Shown piece after piece: positions 10,219 through 18,315 of a DNA stretch of 64,000 bases (positions are counted from its first letter, which is position 1; every line of letters starts with the position of its first letter). This DNA is from a virus. Lineage: Duplodnaviria; Caudoviricetes. Below the pieces are notes generated by a model, which saw only the letters and a program-made list of their open reading frames with translations, searched no databases and was not told the origin of the DNA. The DNA is taken from positions 32,001-96,000 of the IMG/VR virus record IMGVR_UViG_3300035520_000885; one strand, given 5' to 3'. A program made the translations under genes and the position numbers.

Positions 10219-10971
10219 ATGGATGATTTTGAGTTGGACTACGGCTACCAGCCGAATGATATTGACTCCGATATTTTTTTGTCTGAAGCTCCTGCTTCCT
10301 TGATGAAAGAGAATATCAAGGCACAGTTCCAGGATCCCCTGGAACATAGAAAAAAAGACCATATGACGACATTCCTTAGGATGTATCAGTACTCTAAGGA
10401 AAATGTCGATGCGTATGAAGATGAAGACTTGGATAGTCTGCATGAATTACGGGATGATTTCTATGTATTCATGCAGAGGATGTTTATGGACTATCTGCAA
10501 CTGGGCTTCGTTAATTTCGATGACATGGGTGAAGACGAGCAAGATTCTCTGATGCACTATACGTATCGTTTCTTTTTGATTAATATTAAGAGAAACTTCG
10601 TCCAGTTTGTGCTTGGCTACATCAATAAGCATCGTGAGCTATTCGAGAATGAGGATAACAAGCGGAAAGACGTTACAACGATGTCTTTCAAGAAAGAAAT
10701 TACAGACCCAACAGACGTTTACGTCCTCTCGAATCTGTACAGAATCATTGACGATATTCTCGGAAATGATGATTTGGATATTGATGAGTTCTTTGAGCTG
10801 TGTGATGAAGACAACTCTTTAGAGACCCGTCTCGTACAAGAAGCCTTTAACAACGATACCATTACTGGTAACTTCCTGCCTCATTATATTGAGATGCTGG
10901 ATGAGGACTTCAAATCTGAAATTGAATCTAAGGTTAGAAATAAGATTTTGAAGAAATATAGAAAGAAATAA
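10219..10971 (+). CDS. Hypothetical acidic protein
   Basis: 250 aa, GAAAGGA SD. Confidence 0.75.
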   Translation: MDDFELDYGYQPNDIDSDIFLSEAPASLMKENIKAQFQDPLEHRKKDHMTTFLRMYQYSKENVDAYEDEDLDSLHELRDDFYVFMQRMFMDYLQLGFVNFDDMGEDEQDSLMHYTYRFFLINIKRNFVQFVLGYINKHRELFENEDNKRKDVTTMSFKKEITDPTDVYVLSNLYRIIDDILGNDDLDIDEFFELCDEDNSLETRLVQEAFNNDTITGNFLPHYIEMLDEDFKSEIESKVRNKILKKYRKK

Positions 10972-11016
10972 AGTCGAAGACACTCTGTTTAATTATTTCT
11001 TAAGGAGGAATATTTT

Positions 11017-11805
11017 ATGTTCGGAAACAATTATGGCAATAGTAGCTATGGGAGCAATAGCTCTACTTTTGGGAGCTTTGATCGCATTAACGTGAATACT
11101 CGTATTAAATCTTTTTACAATGACAAGGCGTGCTTGGCCTTGAGCTTTTGGAATGACAATCTTTCTATCAAGATTAACCCGATTCTGACCATCGGTTTTG
11201 ATGGGAAGCGCCAGTACGACTATAATCGTCGTGGAAATACCACCATTACTGCTGAGAAATGTGTGGCTCTCCGTCAGAAGATTGACGAGCTTATCATGCC
11301 TCATCTGAGTGAGATCGCTCGTGGTGAATATGACGGAACTGTCGCAATTTCTACCATTGCTGGTGGTCCAAGTTCTTGCGCAGTTGGTGTTGGTGTGAAG
11401 AAGGATGAGAATGGCATTTCCAACATCTCTGTCACCATTTACGGCGGAGTAGATTCTAATGGTCGGGCATTGAAGGATGCTACCTATACGTATATCTTCA
11501 GTAAGACTGAGATCATTGAGGATTACGATCCTGACACTGGCGCTGGTACCAAGACCAACGTCGAGGCTGAGTTCCAGTTCTTCTATGATAAGTTGAAGAC
11601 TATCGCTGACATGTTTGGTACTGCTGCTCATTCTGATAAGAGCGATAGTGCTGGCTCTGCCAAGTTCGGCGGAAGAAATTTCGGCACTGATAATGGCGGT
11701 TTCCAGAACTCTTTTGGTTCTACCACTCAGCCTCAGCAGACTCAGGGTACTCCGTCCACCTATTCTGCTCCTGTGAGCGATTTCAATTCTGGCCTTCCTT
11801 TCTAA
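11017..11805 (+). CDS. Putative single-stranded DNA-binding protein
   Basis: Beta-rich core, then a G/S/Q/N low-complexity linker ending in SDFNSGLPF (SSB-like xLPF tail); strong SD; in the replication cluster. Confidence 0.5.
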   Translation: MFGNNYGNSSYGSNSSTFGSFDRINVNTRIKSFYNDKACLALSFWNDNLSIKINPILTIGFDGKRQYDYNRRGNTTITAEKCVALRQKIDELIMPHLSEIARGEYDGTVAISTIAGGPSSCAVGVGVKKDENGISNISVTIYGGVDSNGRALKDATYTYIFSKTEIIEDYDPDTGAGTKTNVEAEFQFFYDKLKTIADMFGTAAHSDKSDSAGSAKFGGRNFGTDNGGFQNSFGSTTQPQQTQGTPSTYSAPVSDFNSGLPF

Positions 11806-11881
11806 GGAATGAGTCGGTTAAAAGACTCTATGGTTAGTTTTAGCCATAGAGTCTTTTATTTTATGAAAGGAGGCATTCTGA

Positions 11882-12592
11882 ATGGATAATGTAGGAACGA
11901 TATTTTACAATGCAGATTATGTCGTGATAGAATACATGGATTTGATTAAGAGCCCATATCTGGTTCTTCTTGGAGTCTTGAAAGAGAATCCAAGGATTCG
12001 AGAGATTCTGAAGATTGAAGATATCCAGTACTATGATGATGCTGCATTGTGTGAATGGTATATCCAGAGAAAGCATAAAAACTTTCTAATGGATTTATAT
12101 CGTTTTCCGGAGAATCTGGATAAGGACGCAACAAGATTGGATGAGTTACTCAATGACCAAATTTGTTTGACCCCTAAATTCTATGAATACGCCACTCCAT
12201 TGAGAATGGTAGATAGTCTAATATCTATACATACACAGAATATTGCAAAAGGTATTATCATCTATCATCCTCATGATAACGATTTTGCTAAGAAAGACCT
12301 GAAGCAATTGACTGGAATTGATTTTACTTTCATGAGTGATTTCAAGGAAGTCATGAAGAAAGCAGGTCATAACAGCACCTATTTCTTATCAGATATTGAC
12401 CATCTGATGGAAATGAAGGAATATGGAGTTCTGAAGTTTTCTTCAGTAACTCTTCCCATTGAATACCGATACAACAAGAAAAACATGGAAGATATGAAGT
12501 ATGACTTAGTAGAATTGGCACATGAGTGCCCATTCAAATTTTCATACTATCTTGCATGCTCGTATGCAAATACAGGAGGTAGTAAAAAATGA
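11882..12592 (+). CDS. Hypothetical protein
   Basis: 236 aa, GAAAGGAGG SD, stop overlaps the chaperonin start. Confidence 0.75.
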   Translation: MDNVGTIFYNADYVVIEYMDLIKSPYLVLLGVLKENPRIREILKIEDIQYYDDAALCEWYIQRKHKNFLMDLYRFPENLDKDATRLDELLNDQICLTPKFYEYATPLRMVDSLISIHTQNIAKGIIIYHPHDNDFAKKDLKQLTGIDFTFMSDFKEVMKKAGHNSTYFLSDIDHLMEMKEYGVLKFSSVTLPIEYRYNKKNMEDMKYDLVELAHECPFKFSYYLACSYANTGGSKK

Positions 12593-14514
12593 AGTTTCAA
12601 GATGAAAAAGACGGTCTGACTTTCATTGAAAGCCAATTGGCGACCCCGCCGTGTATCAATGTCATTGATAAAGAGACTTTCGATGAGAGAGTTCATACTG
12701 TGTTTAATATTCTCTGGGAGAAACTCTCCAAGTCTTTCGGACCTGGTGGAGCTGGTACATTCATCTCCATCTATCCGAATTATTACAATACGAAAGATGG
12801 TTTTACCATCATGAAGAATATTGCCTGGGATAAAAAGCTTGACCAGGTAATTTCTGATATGGTAATGACTGTGTGTAGTCGTCTGAATTTCACTGTCGGT
12901 GACGGTACGACCACTGCGACCATTGCCACTAAGAGCACTTATGATGCTTATATGGAGCATGCTGAATTCTTTAAGAAGAATCACATTCTTCCTAGAGAAG
13001 TCCTCAAGGGGTTTGAGAATATCAAAGAAAAGCTTCTGAAGAAGATTGAGGAGCATGCTATCAATATTCGTAGCGATGACCCGAAGGTATTGCGCCAGAA
13101 TATTGAAAAAGTCGTTTATATTTCCAGTAATGGCAATACTGAACTGACTGAGATGATTGGGAAGCTTTATGAGGAGCTGATGTTCCCTGCAATTTCTTCT
13201 GTCATTGCTCAGGATGGTGTCATGAAGGCCAACATCGTAGACGGCTATAAGATTGACATCAATCTGACCGATAAGCTCTACATCAATAACGACAGTAACA
13301 CCATGCGTCTGAATGGCGCTGATGTGATTCTCTTTGACCATCGGGTTGGCCGTGATACCTATGAGAAGCTGTTGAAGCCTCTGTCTGAAGCATCTCGTAT
13401 TCGTGGTCGGCATCTCATCTGCGTCGCACCTTTCTATGATGAGACTGCATTGCAGGGTGTCATTCGTACAGATTTGCTTGCTGAGTATAATAAGAATAAA
13501 GATGTGAATCTGGTTCTTATGGTATGTGCTCGTCCGAGTGGATATGCTCGTACTCAGCTGGATGACTTTGCCATGCTTCTCAACACTACCATGGTTTCTA
13601 CTGCTATGGAAGCAGAGTTGATGGAGATGGTTGAGACTGGTTCTGATGGAATTTACAGTGCTTTCGATCTTGATGCTAGACATATTCCTGGTGTCACGGT
13701 TGCATATCATGCAAATGGTGATGTGAACTCCGAGAGCCTTGGTCTTGCTACATGGAAGCCCGAGATGATTCCTATGGAGTTCAAGCAGTGTGGAGAGAAG
13801 GGTCTTCGGGTTGGATATTGTGATAGTCTCGAGATGGGACTGAAGATGTCCACTTTTGCTGGTTTTTATTATAACGACGATATGTACAAGAAGTACATGG
13901 ATGTCGCAAAAGAGGAACTGGCTGAGATTCAGAAGAAGTGCGAGAACGTTGGGTCTTATTCCTTTGACCTGCTCCAGAAGCAGCAAAGAGTTTATTCTCT
14001 TGGTCTGAAGACTGGTGTCATCGAAGTTGGTTCTACCAGTGAGATTTCTCAGAACTATCTGAAGGATACTGTCGATGATGCCATCAAGGCTGCCGCATCG
14101 GCATACAATAACGGAGTTGTTCTTGGTTGTAATGTGACGATGCTTCAGTGTATTCAGGAATTGAGTGATTCTGAAGATTTCAACACTCCTCTTGCTTCTG
14201 AGCTTCTGAAGATTCTCTACACTGGATTCTCTGCAACCTACAAAACTGTGCTGAGCAATGTCTTTGAAGATATGCCAGTGAGCCAGTTCGGCAAGGAGTA
14301 TGGTGTTGAGATTCACTCCTCTGGTGCTGAAACTGAGAATATTCACGATAATATCGTTCAAGCGTCTGTGAATCTCAGTGAGGTATTCGACCTTGACAGT
14401 TTCAAATTTAGTGATGGAATCATCAATAGTGCAGAGACTGACAAGGAGATTCTCAAAGCCACCATTGATTTACTCAGCCTTCTGATTACAGGCAATCAGT
14501 TAGTTCTGTGCTAA
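12589..14514 (+). CDS. groEL: Phage chaperonin (GroEL/Cpn60-like)
   Basis: SFGPGG, NTKDGFTI, VGDGTTTAT, VDDAIKAAASA, GVVLG motifs; no GroES in the window. Confidence 0.9.
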   Translation: MKFQDEKDGLTFIESQLATPPCINVIDKETFDERVHTVFNILWEKLSKSFGPGGAGTFISIYPNYYNTKDGFTIMKNIAWDKKLDQVISDMVMTVCSRLNFTVGDGTTTATIATKSTYDAYMEHAEFFKKNHILPREVLKGFENIKEKLLKKIEEHAINIRSDDPKVLRQNIEKVVYISSNGNTELTEMIGKLYEELMFPAISSVIAQDGVMKANIVDGYKIDINLTDKLYINNDSNTMRLNGADVILFDHRVGRDTYEKLLKPLSEASRIRGRHLICVAPFYDETALQGVIRTDLLAEYNKNKDVNLVLMVCARPSGYARTQLDDFAMLLNTTMVSTAMEAELMEMVETGSDGIYSAFDLDARHIPGVTVAYHANGDVNSESLGLATWKPEMIPMEFKQCGEKGLRVGYCDSLEMGLKMSTFAGFYYNDDMYKKYMDVAKEELAEIQKKCENVGSYSFDLLQKQQRVYSLGLKTGVIEVGSTSEISQNYLKDTVDDAIKAAASAYNNGVVLGCNVTMLQCIQELSDSEDFNTPLASELLKILYTGFSATYKTVLSNVFEDMPVSQFGKEYGVEIHSSGAETENIHDNIVQASVNLSEVFDLDSFKFSDGIINSAETDKEILKATIDLLSLLITGNQLVLC

Positions 14515-14529
14515 TAAGGAGGTGGCATT

Positions 14530-15429
14530 ATGGATCCCCTAAGTGTATCAAACCAAACTTTGGCTGATTTCTTAAGTCAGCCATTCGGGAAACCGCATGA
14601 TTTGAAGTATCTTGAGTATGATGGAAGATACCAGAAATACAAAAAAGAGAACCGAATTAAAATTGAATCCGCTATCGACATAAAGGATAATTACTTTATC
14701 CATGTGACGGTTCCCTCTGAATCTCAGAAGGGAGCTAGTTACTACGATGTCGTGATTCAATTCATGCCTCCTGATGATGCTGCCAAAAGAGCTCTAAACG
14801 TGGAAAATTACTATGTGCAATTTTTCTCAAATAGCCCTGGCTTTTATTACAAGTATGCTGCTTTGTATAAGCTAGAGGGTTATTTGATTGAAGCTCTCTA
14901 TGATAAGTATCCTCAGGGAGCATTAGACACTTTACCGGAGAAAGCAAATAAAAGCTTTGAGCTTTATTTTGATTCTTCCATTTACTATGCATCTCGTTAT
15001 CTTCTGGATCATAAGATGTTTACTTTAGGTAAATTCAATCTTCGTCTTTTTAAGAAGAAGAGTCCAGAGCGTTTTTTCTCTGATATCCAGGATATTGAAA
15101 CCGTGGGTATTATGAGACAGACAGCAGATTTGCATAAAGCGGTAGAGAAGGAAATTGAGAAAGATACGAAGATGTCTGTCCAACAAGAGGGCAAATTGTC
15201 TAAGAACTCCGTTCTCAAAGACCAAATCTTGCATAGGAAATCCGGTAAAACTTATACTGATAAAGATCCTTCCAATGTCTCTGTAAAGCGAATTACGTCT
15301 TCTAAGAGCACTGTGAAATCGAAAGACATAAAAGGACTTAAACGCGTCTCGGCTACTACGAATACATCTAAGACTAAGTCTTCAGTTGTAAGAAAGAAGT
15401 CATCCAAATCCACTACGAAAAAACCATAA
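14530..15429 (+). CDS. Hypothetical protein with basic S/K/T-rich tail
   Basis: 299 aa, AGGAGG SD; lies between the chaperonin and the gp226-like gene, as I recall in AR9. Confidence 0.75.
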   Translation: MDPLSVSNQTLADFLSQPFGKPHDLKYLEYDGRYQKYKKENRIKIESAIDIKDNYFIHVTVPSESQKGASYYDVVIQFMPPDDAAKRALNVENYYVQFFSNSPGFYYKYAALYKLEGYLIEALYDKYPQGALDTLPEKANKSFELYFDSSIYYASRYLLDHKMFTLGKFNLRLFKKKSPERFFSDIQDIETVGIMRQTADLHKAVEKEIEKDTKMSVQQEGKLSKNSVLKDQILHRKSGKTYTDKDPSNVSVKRITSSKSTVKSKDIKGLKRVSATTNTSKTKSSVVRKKSSKSTTKKP

Positions 15430-15475
15430 TGTGAGTAGAAATATATTCATTTTATGCTCGGAAGAGCCAAAGTTT

Positions 15476-15485
15476 ATATATTATA
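15476..15485 (+). promoter_or_regulatory. Early-type promoter motif TATATATTAT
   Basis: Related TATATRTHAT motif recurs upstream of nvRNAP genes and other operons; resembles the phiKZ early consensus TATATTAC. Confidence 0.45.
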
Positions 15486-15527
15486 CTCACAAGGTCTCAT
15501 GAATGAGAACAAAGGAGGGTACTGTGT

Positions 15528-17093
15528 ATGGCAGCTAAAAACGGAATACCTGGCTGGAAACTAATCACCGAGTGGAAACCTAAGAAAGAGGATATTCTCG
15601 CCACCAATGACGGGAAAATCTTCCTGATGCTTTTTGAAAAAGCAATTCCTACTGAGGGCGGAAAAGTTAGAATCTATGACCAATTCTATATCAAGAAGGG
15701 GTCATATGAGAAACAACTGGAAGTGATCTGTAAGTATATCAACTATTTTCTCAGATACTATGACACTGACAGGGAACTTGTCTTGGCTTACTTGAAGATC
15801 AAGTTTGCTATGGACAAGGAAAAGAGGTTCAATGCAGACAATTATAACCAGTTAATTGATCTGATATATGAAGTTCTTTTTTCTGACAGTATCATTGAAA
15901 AGATCTGTAAGATGGTCGATGACAATTATACTGATGATATCGAGTCATCAGATAATAGGAAGAGTGGTGGAAAAGAAAAGAAGCATCTGGAGAGCCTTGA
16001 ATTTACCAATGCACAAATCAAGGTTCTTCTTAGGATTTCGTTCGGAATGAAGTGCATCAGTCCGATTCTATTCCATTTCGCTGCCATCAATGTCATTAAG
16101 ATTGACAAGGATAGCGACATGATTTACAACTTCTATCAGAAGCTGTTCAAAGTCTTGTCTCCTCCTGATATCAATATCTACAATAAGCTCTTTGTGTATG
16201 TGAAGGCGAAGGTGCTGGAGAGTAAATCTCACAATGCACCTATCTTCGAACAGAGAGACATTATGGGTAGTGATGAATACTCAGTCATTAGTCAATTTCT
16301 TCGGAAGGTACTCATTAGTGAGAACATAGTCAAATACAGATTTGGGGAGAACATCGTAGGCTTCAATAAAACTGTGATCAAATATCAACTCATGTTTTTC
16401 TTGAAGGAGCAGTATAACAAAAACCTCATTGAGGTTACGGCTGCAAAGAATGTCGATGGGCTCTCTGGCATGGATAAACTTGAAATGAACCTTCAGAAGA
16501 TTGATGAGGGTTCTGTACTTCTTGCAGAGATTGGTATCAAAACCACTCTTGAGAGAATCTATCGAGATAATGACTTTGATATTACCGATGACGAAGTCGA
16601 GTATTACAAGAAGAACCTTGTTCTGTCCCCTCTCCAGGTAAATCTTATCTGGAATTACTGGGCCAGTGAATTTGGTTCATTTAGAGACACTTCGCAAATT
16701 GGACGTATGGATTACATCAAGTTACTCTTGATTCTGAAGTACCGTCTGATGATGTCTTTTGGTGTTTCTAACAAGGATGGGTTTAACGATGCTATCGTTC
16801 TTCCCTATCTGATTACTGGAAATATCCAGGATAAAATCAGTACAAGACTTATTAGAAATAGTAAGTTTACTGGTAAAGTTGAAGAGTCTGCACTCTACAA
16901 GAAGCTCAATGAGAAGAAGTATAGTGCATTGTCTCAGATTCGACCGGACTACATCATGTCTCTTTTGTCTACGTTCAATAACACAGTATTCACATATTGT
17001 GTCTATGAGAACCAAGACCTCTTTGGTCAAGTCATTGAATACAATGAGGACAAGGTGTCTGACGAGATGTTGTTCCTGATCGACCAAATCTAA
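15528..17093 (+). CDS. Non-virion RNAP promoter-specificity (sigma-like) subunit, AR9 gp226-like
   Basis: Segments FYIKKGSY, LEFTNAQIKVLLRISFGMKCISPIL, NIYNKLF, LSGMDKLEMNLQKIDEG match my recollection of AR9 gp226; two genes from the chaperonin, as gp226/gp228 in AR9. Confidence 0.72.
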   Translation: MAAKNGIPGWKLITEWKPKKEDILATNDGKIFLMLFEKAIPTEGGKVRIYDQFYIKKGSYEKQLEVICKYINYFLRYYDTDRELVLAYLKIKFAMDKEKRFNADNYNQLIDLIYEVLFSDSIIEKICKMVDDNYTDDIESSDNRKSGGKEKKHLESLEFTNAQIKVLLRISFGMKCISPILFHFAAINVIKIDKDSDMIYNFYQKLFKVLSPPDINIYNKLFVYVKAKVLESKSHNAPIFEQRDIMGSDEYSVISQFLRKVLISENIVKYRFGENIVGFNKTVIKYQLMFFLKEQYNKNLIEVTAAKNVDGLSGMDKLEMNLQKIDEGSVLLAEIGIKTTLERIYRDNDFDITDDEVEYYKKNLVLSPLQVNLIWNYWASEFGSFRDTSQIGRMDYIKLLLILKYRLMMSFGVSNKDGFNDAIVLPYLITGNIQDKISTRLIRNSKFTGKVEESALYKKLNEKKYSALSQIRPDYIMSLLSTFNNTVFTYCVYENQDLFGQVIEYNEDKVSDEMLFLIDQI

Positions 17094-17169
17094 ACTTTTA
17101 GGTTGGTGAGTGCTTTTCTAGGCACTCACCAACCTTTTTCTAATCTCAATATGAAAGGAAGCCAACACC

Positions 17170-17526
17170 ATGAGAAACGATTTAGAAATGTTTTCCGCAA
17201 ATCAAGTATACCTGCTGAAAGATGGTACCTTTATCCTGGTCAGTGATGTTGACCCCGTTACGAAGTTCGCAAACAATGACAAGTCACGCAAGGTACACTA
17301 TAAGATTGGTCAGAAGTATGACAAGAAGAAAGTGTTCAGCATGACCTATGGAGTAGAGATTGAAGATGCTTCTACAAATTCTCAAATGATGTTCGATTGT
17401 GCCCAGAGTGGAAATATGTCCATCCATGACCTGAAGAAGGTGGTTGGATGTTATCTGGGCACACTGAATGGTGCCAGTGCAAAACGCTTCGGCACTACAA
17501 ATAGTGAATACGTAAATGATTTATAA
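17170..17526 (+). CDS. Hypothetical protein
   Basis: 118 aa, GAAAGGAAG SD. Confidence 0.65.
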   Translation: MRNDLEMFSANQVYLLKDGTFILVSDVDPVTKFANNDKSRKVHYKIGQKYDKKKVFSMTYGVEIEDASTNSQMMFDCAQSGNMSIHDLKKVVGCYLGTLNGASAKRFGTTNSEYVNDL

Positions 17527-17592
17527 ATTATACATATAGCGCATATATGTAAGTAACAACACATGCACTTAATTTGAAAGGAGTTCTCAAGA

Positions 17593-18264
17593 ATGTCAGC
17601 TACAATTATCTTAGCAATCGCGGTACTCATCGTTGGATGTATCGGGTGTGCCGCCTATATCTGGTACAAGACTTACCAGTACAGGATGCACCCGACGGAC
17701 GGAACGAATCTGTTCGGAGTTCATGTTCCTATGAATGATTTCTTCTCTATCATCAATACGCTTGCCATGTATGTGTATTGTGATAAGCAAGTAGATTTAA
17801 AGAATTTCTTCGACGCAAGCCTGTTGCAAAATGCAGAGTTGAAGGATTTCAAATTCGTGGAGACTATGATTAATAGCTACCCGCTCATTAAATGCGACTA
17901 CTACCAGAACGGTATCTTTGTGTTGGATGAAGTTGGAACGGCTGAAAAACTCGCTAAGTTCCAAGCTGAGACAGGGACGGATAACTACATACTTCCGCTC
18001 TTTGATATCAGCATCATCCAGAGAAATGCCGATATCTTCAATATCAGCACGAAGTATCAGCAGGCCAAGGTCATTGATAATATCTTGGAGAATAAGGTCA
18101 AGAAAAGATATTTCGAGAACCCTGAAAAATTAAAGAGATTCATCACAGAAAAGATGGAGGACGAGATTCTGGTTGAAAAGAAGGAAACCACGAAAGCCAT
18201 TACCAAATTGGTGACAAAGTTCATTCCTTCTGTCGAGACAAAAGAATCCGTTTCTGCCGAATAA
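17593..18264 (+). CDS. Membrane-anchored hypothetical protein
   Basis: N-terminal hydrophobic helix IILAIAVLIVGCIGCAAYIW. Confidence 0.7.
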   Translation: MSATIILAIAVLIVGCIGCAAYIWYKTYQYRMHPTDGTNLFGVHVPMNDFFSIINTLAMYVYCDKQVDLKNFFDASLLQNAELKDFKFVETMINSYPLIKCDYYQNGIFVLDEVGTAEKLAKFQAETGTDNYILPLFDISIIQRNADIFNISTKYQQAKVIDNILENKVKKRYFENPEKLKRFITEKMEDEILVEKKETTKAITKLVTKFIPSVETKESVSAE

Positions 18265-18276
18265 AAAACGGCAGAT

Positions 18277-18314
18277 AAAGAGAGACACTAGAAATTCTAG
18301 TGTCTCTCTTTTTT
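18277..18314. terminator. Bidirectional terminator
   Basis: AAAGAGAGACACTAG-AAATT-CTAGTGTCTCTCTTT between convergent genes. Confidence 0.8.
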
Positions 18315-18315
18315 G

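Noticed and set aside
12547-14361. 604-aa antisense ORF over the chaperonin
   Set aside because: Antisense shadow caused by codon bias; no SD and no motifs
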